Shown: one piece after another, positions 49,709-60,237 of the stretch
How positions within the stretch are numbered: position 1 is the stretch's first letter
Layout of the letters: every line of letters begins with the position of its first letter
Assembly: GCA_050942925.1 (NCBI GenBank)
Contig: JBMNOF010000001.1
Coordinates: forward strand, 2,823-66,822
Source of the DNA: Candidatus Spyradocola sp.
GTDB lineage: Bacteria; Bacillota; Clostridia; Christensenellales; UBA1750
Direction of reading: 5' to 3'
DNA length: 64,000 nucleotides
Position numbers and translations under genes: made by a program
Notes under the pieces: generated by a model
What the model was told of the DNA's origin: nothing
Database searches by the model: none
The model's input: only the letters and a program-made list of their open reading frames with translations

Positions 49709-49821
49709 GGAATTGCGATTGGAATGCGTTTGGCTTTCACCTCTTTGGGCAGCGTGCGCTTCTGCGGCGAAAGCGTCTGCCCCTTCCCGCCGTGGGGAAG
49801 GGTCTATGTATGTTTCCATCG
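49709..49821 (+). ncRNA. Candidate structured 5' leader (motif shared with 6915-6986)
   Basis: Starts GGAATTGCGATTGGAATGCGTTT; CGAT.GGAA pairs with TTCCATCG; two internal hairpins. Confidence 0.4.
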
Positions 49822-49917
49822 AACCGCGCGTTTTCCCTGCTCCTTTCCGTTCCGCCGGAAAAAGTTGACTCGCGGAAGGAGGGCGCGGGGCGGAGGCGGT
49901 ACCGGAGGAGGTTGCGC

Positions 49918-50607
49918 ATGAAAAGGCGGGATGGATGGGGCATTGCGGTGGCACTGGGCGCGCTGTGCCTGCTGGCAGGGCTGGCGGCGGTGTTCCGCTT
50001 TCTCTACCGGCCGATGTCGGGGACGAGCGTGCCGGCCACGGCGGAGGAATGCCGCGCCGCCGCGGAGGCGCTCGGCCTGCCCTTTGTGGAAGAGAGAACG
50101 CTGGCCCCGCTGCTGCCGGAGAGGCTGGCGCTGGAGCGCTTCCGGCTGGCGACGGACCGTCCCCGCTCGGAAAAGGCGGTGGGCTACGCGATGGAATTCA
50201 CCGCGGCGGGGACGGAAACTGCGTACGCCGCGGCGCGCGTTGCGGTCTACGCGCCCGGCGCAAGCGGCGGGGCTGAGGCGTTCCGGGGCAGCCATGGAAA
50301 CGACGCGGAGGAAATGTTGTCCTCGCCCTTTGGAGAGGTCCGCGCGCTGGAGGCCTGCGGAGCGCCCGACGGGTTCGGCGGCGCGGCGGGGGCGAGTCTG
50401 CTCTACTCGCTGCGGACAGAGGGCGGACTTTTCGAGGTGCACTTTACCGTGGACGGTCTCTACACGGACCAGGTGCGCGCGGACGCCGCGGAAAAAGCGC
50501 TGCAGCTTCTCGCCGCTTTGGCGGCGCAGAGCCCGGAAAGCGGGGGGCAAAACTTGTCAGCAGCGGGAAAAATGTGTATAATGGAAAGAGGTTTGAACAG
50601 GGGATAG
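49918..50607 (+). CDS. Hypothetical membrane-anchored protein
   Basis: GGAGGAGG RBS; N-terminal TM helix (IAVALGALCLLAGLAAVF). Confidence 0.65.
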   Translation: MKRRDGWGIAVALGALCLLAGLAAVFRFLYRPMSGTSVPATAEECRAAAEALGLPFVEERTLAPLLPERLALERFRLATDRPRSEKAVGYAMEFTAAGTETAYAAARVAVYAPGASGGAEAFRGSHGNDAEEMLSSPFGEVRALEACGAPDGFGGAAGASLLYSLRTEGGLFEVHFTVDGLYTDQVRADAAEKALQLLAALAAQSPESGGQNLSAAGKMCIMERGLNRG

Positions 50608-50641
50608 GGAGGTGCGCCGGCGCGGGGCCGGCATTTGCGAC

Positions 50642-51916
50642 ATGGCTGAAGAAATACTCAGAATTCACGGCGGGCAGCGGCTGGAGGGGACGGTCACCGT
50701 CAACGGCGGCAAGAACGCCGCGCTCGCGATCATACCGGCGGTGCTGCTCTGCAACGAGCCCTGCACCATCGAGAACTTGCCCCTCGTGCGCGACACGGAG
50801 GCGCTGGCGGACATTCTCCTTGCGCTGGGCGCGAAGGTGGAGCTTTCGGGTTCGACCATGACCATCGATCCGCGCGGTGTCAAGAGCGCGGTCGTGCCGG
50901 AGGAATACGCGCGGCGCCTGCGCGCCAGCTACTACTTTGTGGGGGCGATGCTGGGCTGCTTTGGCCGGGCGGACGTCTCCTATCCCGGCGGCTGCGCCAT
51001 CGGCAACCGCCCCATCGACCAGCACATCAAGGGCTTTGAGGCGCTGGGGGCGACCGTCTCCACGGACCACGGCGTGATCTCTGCGCGGACCGAAAACGGG
51101 CTGCACGGCGCGGAGATCTATTTGGACATGCCCTCCGTCGGTGCGACGATCAACATCATGCTCGCCGCGACCAAGGCGCAGGGCAACACGATCATCGTCA
51201 ACGCCGGCAAGGAGCCGCACATCGTGGACCTGGCCAACTTCATCAACGCCATGGGCGGTTCGGTCAAGGGCGCGGGCACGGACGTCATCCGCATCCGCGG
51301 CAACCGGCCCATGCACGGCTGCACCTATGCCATCATTCCCGATCAAATCGAGGCGGGCACCCTGATGATCGCCGCCGCGGCGACGCGGGGCGACGTGCTC
51401 ATCCGCGGGGCGCTGCCCACGCACATGGAGGCTCTGACCGCAAAGCTGCTGGAGATGGGCGCCCGCGTGGACGAGGGCGTGGGCGAGGACAGCATCCGCG
51501 TGCGCTCCGACGGCAACCACCGCCACGTCAACATCAAGACCCTGCCCTATCCCGGCTTCCCCACGGACCTGCAGCAGCCGATGAGCGCGCTGCTGTCCAC
51601 CGCGCGGGGAACCTCCATCATCAACGAGACCATTTACGAGATGCGCTACAAGCATCTGGAAGAGATCCGGCACATGGGCGGCATCTCCCAGATCAACGAC
51701 CGCATCGCCATCATCGAGGGCGTGCCGAAGCTCACCGGCTGCGCGGTTTCCGCTTCGGACCTTCGCGCGGGTGCAGCCCTGGTCATCGCCGGGCTCATGG
51801 CCGAGGGCGTGACCGACATCTACAACGTGCAGTACATCGACCGGGGCTATGAGCACCTGGAGGAAAAGCTGCGCTCCCTGGGCGCGAAAGTGGAACGCCT
51901 CTGGGTGGACGACTGA
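50642..51916 (+). CDS. murA: UDP-N-acetylglucosamine 1-carboxyvinyltransferase
   Basis: GGKNAAL, LRASYY, PGGCAIGNRPIDQH (Cys present), YPGFPTDLQQP, DLRAGAAL, IDRGYE. Confidence 0.95.
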   Translation: MAEEILRIHGGQRLEGTVTVNGGKNAALAIIPAVLLCNEPCTIENLPLVRDTEALADILLALGAKVELSGSTMTIDPRGVKSAVVPEEYARRLRASYYFVGAMLGCFGRADVSYPGGCAIGNRPIDQHIKGFEALGATVSTDHGVISARTENGLHGAEIYLDMPSVGATINIMLAATKAQGNTIIVNAGKEPHIVDLANFINAMGGSVKGAGTDVIRIRGNRPMHGCTYAIIPDQIEAGTLMIAAAATRGDVLIRGALPTHMEALTAKLLEMGARVDEGVGEDSIRVRSDGNHRHVNIKTLPYPGFPTDLQQPMSALLSTARGTSIINETIYEMRYKHLEEIRHMGGISQINDRIAIIEGVPKLTGCAVSASDLRAGAALVIAGLMAEGVTDIYNVQYIDRGYEHLEEKLRSLGAKVERLWVDD

Positions 51917-51930
51917 CGAGGAGGAGAGCC

Positions 51931-52386
51931 ATGCGCATCCGTCCCTATCGCTCCGCGGACTGTGCGGCGCTGGCGGCGCTCTTCTACCAAACGGTGCACA
52001 CCGTTTGTGCGCGGGATTACGCGCCCGAGCAGCTGGACGCCTGGGCCACGGGGCATGTGGACCAGGAAGCATGGGACCGTTCCTTTCTGGCACACCGCAC
52101 GCGGGTGGCCGAGCAAGGGGGGCGCATCGTCGGCTTTGCGGATATGGACGAAAACGGCTACCTTGACCGGCTCTACGTTGCGGCGGACTGCCAGGGACAG
52201 GGGATCGCCACGGCCCTATGCGACGATTTGGAGCGCGCCTCCTCCGCGCCGCGCTTTTCGACCCACGCTTCGCTGACGGCGCGCCCCTTCTTTGAAAAGC
52301 GGGGCTACCGCGTGGTTCGGGCGCAGGAGGTGGAGCGCCGGGGCGTGCGCCTTCGCAACTTCGTCATGGAAAAGCCAAACGCCTGA
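51931..52386 (+). CDS. GNAT acetyltransferase (YafP-like)
   Basis: DYAPEQLDAW, YLDRLYV..QGQGIA, ASLTARPFFEKRGY. Confidence 0.88.
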   Translation: MRIRPYRSADCAALAALFYQTVHTVCARDYAPEQLDAWATGHVDQEAWDRSFLAHRTRVAEQGGRIVGFADMDENGYLDRLYVAADCQGQGIATALCDDLERASSAPRFSTHASLTARPFFEKRGYRVVRAQEVERRGVRLRNFVMEKPNA

Positions 52387-52394
52387 AATCGACG

Positions 52395-52432
52395 GCGGGC
52401 GGGCAGGGGATGCGGATTCCCTGCCCGCCCGC
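52395..52432. terminator. Bidirectional terminator
   Basis: 14-bp stem GCGGGCGGGCAGGG/CCCTGCCCGCCCGC between convergent genes. Confidence 0.75.
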
Positions 52433-52438
52433 TTTGCT

Positions 52439-52828
52439 TCACTCGCGGATCTCCAGCGGCAGGCCGTCCGGGTCGGCGAAGAAGGTCATGCGCTTGCCCG
52501 TGAACTCGTCCGTGCGGATCGCCTCGCAAACGATGCCGCGCGCGGCGAGCTCCCGCACGGCCGCGTCCAGGTCCGGCACGCGGAAGGCCAGGTGGCGCAG
52601 GCCGCAGGCTTCCGGCCGCGTCACGCGGGCGGGACTGCCTGGCCGGCCGAAGATCTCCAGCTCGATGTCCCCGCAGCGAAGGTCCAGCTTCCAGTCTCCG
52701 CGGTCGGGGCGGTGGTTTTCGCGCACGATGGAGAACCCGAGCGTCTCCACATAAAAGGCTCGGGAGCGCGCATAGTCCGAGACGATGAGGGCGACGTGGT
52801 CCACGGTGGAAAAGGGCAGAGCGGACAT
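52439..52828 (-). CDS. VOC/glyoxalase family protein (YaeR/YwkD-like)
   Basis: HVALIVSDY, WKLDL, ELEIF, PEACGLRHLAF, FFADPDGLPLE; own AAGGAGG RBS. Confidence 0.9.
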   Translation of the reverse strand: MSALPFSTVDHVALIVSDYARSRAFYVETLGFSIVRENHRPDRGDWKLDLRCGDIELEIFGRPGSPARVTRPEACGLRHLAFRVPDLDAAVRELAARGIVCEAIRTDEFTGKRMTFFADPDGLPLEIRE

Positions 52829-53302
52829 GGTTCTTTCCTCCTTGACGGTTTGCTCCCGCGCAGAGCCCACGCGGAAAAACCCCGCGGAGAGCGCCGTGAG
52901 CGCGGAGTGCAGATTTTTGCACTCGCAAAGGTAGAGAAGGGGCTGCGGGCAATCCCGCCGCAGGGCCAGAAGGCACGCGCGGGCATAGCCCCGGCCGCGG
53001 TAGGCGGGGGCGGTCTCCACCGTGACGGAGCGGACGCCCAGTTCGTCCGGCTCCCGAGCCACGGCCCAGGATACCACGCGTCCATCCCGCTCCACCCCGC
53101 GCGCAAGCCCCCGCGGCATGCGCACCGCGCCCAGGACCGGGAGCCTGCCGTCCACCGGCCGGGCCTCCGGCGCGCAGGCGGGCGCGCCGGGCAGCGCGTC
53201 GCCGGGGTTTGCGCCAAAGGCGAGCACGGGACTGGAAAACCGGACGGGCCCCTGAAGCAGGAGCCGGAGGGACGCTTGTTGAATCAACTGTATCACACCC
53301 AT
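52439..53302 (-). CDS. GNAT-like domain read in frame into the VOC gene
   Basis: VETAPAYRGRGYARAC, N..S..TA.SAGF GNAT motifs at 52829-53302 with no stop before the VOC ATG; start uncertain. Confidence 0.55.
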   Translation of the reverse strand: MGVIQLIQQASLRLLLQGPVRFSSPVLAFGANPGDALPGAPACAPEARPVDGRLPVLGAVRMPRGLARGVERDGRVVSWAVAREPDELGVRSVTVETAPAYRGRGYARACLLALRRDCPQPLLYLCECKNLHSALTALSAGFFRVGSAREQTVKEERTMSALPFSTVDHVALIVSDYARSRAFYVETLGFSIVRENHRPDRGDWKLDLRCGDIELEIFGRPGSPARVTRPEACGLRHLAFRVPDLDAAVRELAARGIVCEAIRTDEFTGKRMTFFADPDGLPLEIRE

Positions 53303-53332
53303 TCGGAAGCGGTTCGCGGTTAAAGGGGGAGA

Positions 53333-55657
53333 ATGTCTTTGGAAAAGGCGGCGGTGCGCGCTTCGGTGCACGCGGTGGTGGAATTTGCGCTGCGGGCGGG
53401 GGATCTTGTCCCCGGCGCCTCTGCCGAGCGCCTGCTCGAGGGCGTGCGCGGCCACAGGAGCCTGCAAAGCGTCGAGGCGGAGGGCGTGCGCAACGAGGTG
53501 CCGGTGCGCCTTTCCCTCGAGGGCGAGGCGGTGTCCTTGACGGTGTTTGGGCGCATCGACCGCCTGCACGGTCTGCGCCGCGTCGAGGAAATCAAGACCA
53601 CGCTCGACGGCGCGCCGGAGGAAGCGGCGCCCCTGCACTGGGCGCAGGCGGAATGCTATGCGCACATGCTCTGCCAAGCGGAGGACCTGCCCCTGCTCGA
53701 GGTCTGCGTGACGTATCTGAGCCTTTCCGACGGCGAGATCACGCGCTTTGTGCGCACGCGCACGCGGGCGGAGCTGGCCGAGGTCTTTGCCGGCTATGTG
53801 CGGCCGTATCTCGCCTGGCTGGACGGGCAGGCGCTGCACCGTGCGGCCCTCGCTGGGGAGATGCGCGCGCTGCGCTTCCCCTTTCCCCGCTACCGCGCGG
53901 GCCAACGGGAGCTGGCGCAGGAGATCTTCCTTGCGATCCGGGACAAGCGCATGGTGCTTGCGCAGGCGCCCACGGGAACGGGCAAGACGCTGGCCGCGCT
54001 CTTTCCCGCGCTCAAGGGCATTGGCGAAGGATTGGTGGAGCGCATCTTTTACCTGACGGCGCGCACCACGGCGCGGCAGGCGGCGGTCGACGCGCTGCGC
54101 CTGCTGCCGCAGGGCAGCCTGCGCTCCGTGGTGCTCTACGCGCGGGAGAAGATCTGTCCGCAATCGGCCGCGGGCGGAGACCTGCCCCCGGACTGCCGGC
54201 CGGAGGTCTGCCCGCGCGCCCGTGGCTACTTCGACCGTCTGCCCGCGGCGCTGGACGCGGCGCGCCGCGCGGCGGGAACGCTGGACCGCGAGGGCCTGTG
54301 CCGCCTGGCGGAGGCGCACGGCCTCTGTCCCTTTGAGCTCTCGCTGGACATCGCGCTGGAGAGCGACGTGGTGATCTGCGACTACAACTATCTGTTCGAT
54401 CCGCGGGTGCGCCTGCAGCGCTTTGCCTCCGGCGGGCGGCGGGGGCAGGTGCTGCTCCTGGACGAGGCGCACAACCTGCCGGACCGGGGCCGCGCCATGT
54501 ACTCGGCGCGGCTTGCCGCGCGCGAGATCGACGCGGTGCGCGCGTCCATTCCGCGCGGTCAGCGGCGCGGGACGCTGTACCCCGCGCTCAAGGCGCTGCT
54601 GGGCGCGCTGGGGGCATCGTTCTGCGCGGGAGACGTTCCGCGCGCGGAGGCGGCACCGCAGGAGGCCATCCTGGCGGCCTGCGAAGAGGCGCTCTGCGCC
54701 CTGCGCCAGGACCCGGTGGCGGAGGGCGCTGCAGCCAACCGGCTCGCGCTGGACCTTGCCGCCTTCCTCTACCAGGCCGCGCACGCGGGGCCGGAATACG
54801 CCTGGCTCTTTGAGGGGGGAAAGACCACCCGGACGCTGACGCTGTTCTGCACGGACGCCTCCGGGGAGATGGGCAAGGTTCTGCGGCGGTCGCGCGCGGC
54901 GGTGCTCTTTTCGGCGACGCTGACCCCTCTGCCCTTTTACCGCGCGCTCTGCGGGGCGGCGGAGGGGAGTCCGTGCGTGGCGCTGCGCTCACCCTTTCCC
55001 CCGGAAAACCTGCTCGTTCTGCACCTGCCGGTGGACACCCGGTACCGCGCGCGGGAGCGGACGCTGCCGCGCGTGGTCTCGGCCATCGCGGCCCTGGTGC
55101 GGTCGCGGGAGCGGGGCAACTTCATCGCGTTCTTCCCCTCGCACGCCTATCTGCGCAGCGCGCTTCCGCTCCTTGCCGGGCTTCTCGAGGGCGAGGCCGA
55201 GCTCCTTGCGCAGGAGGAGGACATGGACGAATCCGCGCGGCAGGCGTTTCTTTCCCGGTTTTCCCCGGAGCCCGGGGGGCGGCTTCTGGCCCTGTGCGCG
55301 ATGGGCGGGATTTTTTCCGAGGGCGTGGACCTGCCCGCAGAGCGGCTGTGCGGCGCGGCGATCGTAGGAGTGGGCCTTCCGCAGGTCGGGCTGGAGCGGG
55401 AGACGCTGCGCGCGCGCTACGAGACGTCCTACGGCGACGGCTACGCGTTCGCCTACCTCTATCCGGGCATCGGCCGGGTTCTGCAGGCGGCGGGGCGCAT
55501 CATCCGCTCGGAAACGGACCGCGGCGCGCTGCTCCTATTGGACGACCGCTACGGCTCCGCAGTCTACCGGGACCTGCTTCCGCCGGAGTGGACGATCCGC
55601 CGCGTGCGCCGGGATGAGGAGATTCGAGTCCTGTGCGCAACGTTTTTCGGCGCATAG
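53333..55657 (+). CDS. DinG/XPD-family Fe-S helicase with N-terminal PD-(D/E)XK nuclease-like domain
   Basis: GRIDRL..EEIKT..QAECY; APTGTGKT; four Cys; DYNYLFDP; DEAH; SATL; EGVD; QAAGRIIR. Confidence 0.88.
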   Translation: MSLEKAAVRASVHAVVEFALRAGDLVPGASAERLLEGVRGHRSLQSVEAEGVRNEVPVRLSLEGEAVSLTVFGRIDRLHGLRRVEEIKTTLDGAPEEAAPLHWAQAECYAHMLCQAEDLPLLEVCVTYLSLSDGEITRFVRTRTRAELAEVFAGYVRPYLAWLDGQALHRAALAGEMRALRFPFPRYRAGQRELAQEIFLAIRDKRMVLAQAPTGTGKTLAALFPALKGIGEGLVERIFYLTARTTARQAAVDALRLLPQGSLRSVVLYAREKICPQSAAGGDLPPDCRPEVCPRARGYFDRLPAALDAARRAAGTLDREGLCRLAEAHGLCPFELSLDIALESDVVICDYNYLFDPRVRLQRFASGGRRGQVLLLDEAHNLPDRGRAMYSARLAAREIDAVRASIPRGQRRGTLYPALKALLGALGASFCAGDVPRAEAAPQEAILAACEEALCALRQDPVAEGAAANRLALDLAAFLYQAAHAGPEYAWLFEGGKTTRTLTLFCTDASGEMGKVLRRSRAAVLFSATLTPLPFYRALCGAAEGSPCVALRSPFPPENLLVLHLPVDTRYRARERTLPRVVSAIAALVRSRERGNFIAFFPSHAYLRSALPLLAGLLEGEAELLAQEEDMDESARQAFLSRFSPEPGGRLLALCAMGGIFSEGVDLPAERLCGAAIVGVGLPQVGLERETLRARYETSYGDGYAFAYLYPGIGRVLQAAGRIIRSETDRGALLLLDDRYGSAVYRDLLPPEWTIRRVRRDEEIRVLCATFFGA

Positions 55658-55665
55658 GCCGCCCT

Positions 55666-56184
55666 TTACTCCACGAGAATGCCGGCCTCCCGCAGCGCGC
55701 GGAGGATGCGCTCCATGGTCTCCTCCTTGGGCGCTTCGATGGTGTGCAGGTGCACGCCGTCGGTGAGCAGCGAGATGGGCGAAGAGCCCTCCTTTTCAAA
55801 GTTCGCCATGAACCGGTCCACGCCCGCCTGCGTGCGCAGGTGCAGCGGCGCGGAGATTTCCCCGTAGACCGGGTGCTCGATGGAGACGTCTACGACCGTG
55901 CCGCCCAGGCGGACGACGGTTTCCAGCTCCCGGCGCATGCCGGCGTTGTCCCGATGCCGCGCCGCGACGACCCGGCGCGCGGCGGCGGCCGGTTCCAGGG
56001 AGGGCAGCAGGTAGCCTTCCGGCGTGGCAAAGATGGTCTGCCCGCCGGTGCGCAGCAGGGCGATGTCCTGCACGATGACCTGGCGGCTCACGCCCATGCG
56101 CGCGGCGAGTTCCGCGCCCGTGACGGGCAGCGTGCGGTTGCGCAGCAGCTGCAGAATCGCGCCGCGCCTTTCCTTCGCTTCCAT
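55666..56184 (-). CDS. niaR: Niacin-responsive repressor NiaR (HTH + 3H)
   Basis: GVSRQVIVQDIALLR, EHPVYG, LTDGVHLH. Confidence 0.88.
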   Translation of the reverse strand: MEAKERRGAILQLLRNRTLPVTGAELAARMGVSRQVIVQDIALLRTGGQTIFATPEGYLLPSLEPAAAARRVVAARHRDNAGMRRELETVVRLGGTVVDVSIEHPVYGEISAPLHLRTQAGVDRFMANFEKEGSSPISLLTDGVHLHTIEAPKEETMERILRALREAGILVE

Positions 56185-56200
56185 TTTTCTTCCCCCAAAT

Positions 56201-56902
56201 CTAGTCGCGCCGCTGCCGGTTGGCGATGGAGAGCAGCCGCAGGAGCTGCGCCACGGCGGCAAAGGCCGCGGCAACGTAGGTCGAGGCGGCCGCGGTGAGC
56301 ACCTTGCGGGTCTTTGCGGCCTCGTCCGGGGCGAGCAGCCCCGTGTTTTGCAGCGCCTGCATGGCGCGGCGGGAGGCATTGAGCTCCACCGGGAGCGTCA
56401 CGAGCTGAAACGCCACGGCAAACGCATAAAACACAACGCCGATCATGGCCAGGATGTACGAATTCAGGAAGAGGCCGATCAGCAGCAGCGGCATGGACGC
56501 CGCAGAGCCAAAGTTGACCAGCGGCACGATGGAGTTGCGGATGGCCAGGGGCGCATACCCCTGTGCGTGCTGAATGGCATGGCCGGCCTCATGCGCGGCA
56601 ATGCCCAGCGCCGCAATCGAGGTCGACCCATACACCCCGTTGGAAAGGCGGAGCGCCTTGGCGCGCGGGTCATAGTGATCGGAGAGCGTGCCGCGGTTGC
56701 TGTAGCCGATGGAGACGTCGTACACGCCCGCATCCTGCAGGATGCGCTGCGCCACCTCATCCGCCGTGACCCCGGAGCGCGCCGCGACGCCCGCGTATTT
56801 TCGATATGTGCTCTGCACGGCTCCCTGCGCGATCATGCCCAGCACCGCCGCGAGGAGAATCAACCAAAGGTAATCCCAAGAACCATAATACAGGAACGGC
56901 AT
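56201..56902 (-). CDS. YugP-family zinc metallopeptidase
   Basis: LSDHYDP, AAHEAGHAIQH, TLPVELNASRRA, AAASTYVAA. Confidence 0.9.
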   Translation of the reverse strand: MPFLYYGSWDYLWLILLAAVLGMIAQGAVQSTYRKYAGVAARSGVTADEVAQRILQDAGVYDVSIGYSNRGTLSDHYDPRAKALRLSNGVYGSTSIAALGIAAHEAGHAIQHAQGYAPLAIRNSIVPLVNFGSAASMPLLLIGLFLNSYILAMIGVVFYAFAVAFQLVTLPVELNASRRAMQALQNTGLLAPDEAAKTRKVLTAAASTYVAAAFAAVAQLLRLLSIANRQRRD

Positions 56903-57049
56903 GCTTGCACCTCCAAATTTCTTTACTTACCATTATATAGAACGACGTTGTCCTCGTAAAGAACAGTTTGTCCAAAACCCGCGCTTTTCATGGCGCAAAC
57001 GTCGTTTTCTCTTCCGTCCCGGAATCGGCGCAGAAAGGAAGGATTTTCT

Positions 57050-58492
57050 ATGAATAACTGTGCGATCAAGGTGCGCTTTCTTGAGCCGGGCAATCGGCCC
57101 TACCGGCCTTCGCCTCTGAACTTCTTCGTCTACGACCGCTACATCCGCACGCCGGGCACGGGGCTGATGACGCTGACGACCATTGCGCGCGACGCGGGAG
57201 CGGACGCGCGCATGTACAGCGAGTCCATTTCCCGCATCGTCTGGGAGGACGTGCTGGATGCGGACCTGGTGTGCATTGGGATCTTCACGTTCAACGCCCC
57301 GCGGGGATACAAACTGGCGGACTACGTGCGCAAGAACTCCCGGGCGATGGTGGTTCTGGGCGGCCTGCACGCCTCGCTGAACGCGCCCGAGGCGGCGGCG
57401 CACGCGGACTATGTCCTTCTGGGCGAGGGAGACGAGTCGATCCGGGATCTCCTTGCCGCGGTTGCGGCGGGGGAAGCGCCGGCGTTTCCGGGCCTTGCGT
57501 GGCGCGACGCGGACGGCGTCTTTCAAACCACGGGGCCTCGCCGGCCGCCTTGCGACATTTCCACCATTCCCGACCGCTCCCTCGTCTACCGCTACCGGGA
57601 GATGGCGGGGCACAACACGGTCTGGCCGCAGGTGCACGCCTCGCGCGGCTGCCCGCACAACTGCGATTACTGCGCGGTGGTGCGCCACTTTGGCCACAGG
57701 GTCCGCACGCGGCCGCCGGAAAACGTCGTTGCGGACATTCGCCAGGCGCTTGCCTTTCACGACCGGCCCGGGCGGCTTCTCCGGGTGCTGTGGCTGACGG
57801 ACGACAACTTCTTTGCGGACCGGGAGTGGGCTCTATCCGTCCTGCGCGCCATCCGCGACAGCGGCATCCGCTGCGCTTTTACGGTGCAGGCGCGCTTTGA
57901 GGTCGGCTTTGACGACGAGATGCTGGACCTGCTCGCGCAGGCGGGGTTTGTGGAGCTGGCCATGGGCGTGGAATTCCTGGACGACGAATCCTTTGCCCAC
58001 TACCACAAGCAGAGCACGCGCGCACAGATTGTCGCCTCCATCCGCAACATCCAGCGGCACGGCCTGCAGGTTCGGGGGCTGTTCATTCTGGGCGCGGACA
58101 ACCACGAGCCGGGCGTGGGAGACCAGCTCGCGGACTTTGCCATTGCGAATCATCTGTGCGGCGTGCTGATTCAGGCGATGTACTTCGTGCCGGGGACGCC
58201 CGTGTACGAGGAGAACAAGGACCGCCTGCTCCGCGGCGGGGACTGGGGCCGCTGCACCGGCCGGGTCGTGCACGTTCCGCAGCGCATGAGCCCGGAACAG
58301 CTCCAGCGCGAGGTCATCCGCGCCAGCGCGCGCATCTACTCCTTCCCGCGGCTTGTGCGCGCGCTCCTGCACCAACGTGGGCTGTACCGGCTGCTGTTTG
58401 TCGGAGAGTTCTTCTGGCAATGGAGCGTGCGGTCGGACCTGCGGCGGGAGCTTCCCTGGCTGCGCACCCAAAAGGCCGCGGTTCCACGCTAA
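57050..58492 (+). CDS. B12-binding radical SAM protein
   Basis: N-terminal cobalamin-binding motifs (GGLHAS, GEGD), SRGCPHNCDYC, DDNF, PGTP. Confidence 0.85.
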   Translation: MNNCAIKVRFLEPGNRPYRPSPLNFFVYDRYIRTPGTGLMTLTTIARDAGADARMYSESISRIVWEDVLDADLVCIGIFTFNAPRGYKLADYVRKNSRAMVVLGGLHASLNAPEAAAHADYVLLGEGDESIRDLLAAVAAGEAPAFPGLAWRDADGVFQTTGPRRPPCDISTIPDRSLVYRYREMAGHNTVWPQVHASRGCPHNCDYCAVVRHFGHRVRTRPPENVVADIRQALAFHDRPGRLLRVLWLTDDNFFADREWALSVLRAIRDSGIRCAFTVQARFEVGFDDEMLDLLAQAGFVELAMGVEFLDDESFAHYHKQSTRAQIVASIRNIQRHGLQVRGLFILGADNHEPGVGDQLADFAIANHLCGVLIQAMYFVPGTPVYEENKDRLLRGGDWGRCTGRVVHVPQRMSPEQLQREVIRASARIYSFPRLVRALLHQRGLYRLLFVGEFFWQWSVRSDLRRELPWLRTQKAAVPR

Positions 58493-58561
58493 CGGCTGTG
58501 GTATTTTGGCAAAAGCCGTGGTATACTAGGGACAGCATGAACGATGTGGAGGAGAGAACCC

Positions 58562-59953
<1,392 letters not shown>

Positions 59954-59969
59954 TCCCGCTTTCCCATTC

Positions 59970-60000
59970 AACGCCCTGCGCATTGCGCGGGGCGTTTTTT
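59970..60000 (+). terminator. asnS terminator
   Basis: AACGCCCTGCGC/GCGCGGGGCGTT stem plus T run. Confidence 0.85.
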
Positions 60001-60184
60001 GCCGTTTACAGCGTACCTTTCTACGCATAGTTCCGTTTTGTTGTATTTATACAGAAATATAAATAAAGTTATCCGGAAAACAATTCTTCCTTGTATTTTT
60101 CCGAAAAATTTACATTAGAAAAATGTTCTTAATTCTATCTTTATACCTATGGCGCAAATATTAACAAACTGTTTATATACATGG

Positions 60185-60193
60185 TGATATAAT
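60185..60193 (+). promoter_or_regulatory. Extended -10 promoter element in an AT-rich region
   Basis: TGaTATAAT with no good -35 at 17 bp. Confidence 0.5.
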
Positions 60194-60237
60194 GAATATC
60201 GGAATGGCCCATAAAAAAAGAAATGGAGAGAGTGAAC

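Noticed and set aside
55666-57049. NiaR operator or NAD genes near niaR
   Set aside because: No recognisable operator palindrome and no nad/niaX genes nearby
58493-58561. T-box upstream of asnS
   Set aside because: Only about 70 bp of intergenic space and no T-box consensus
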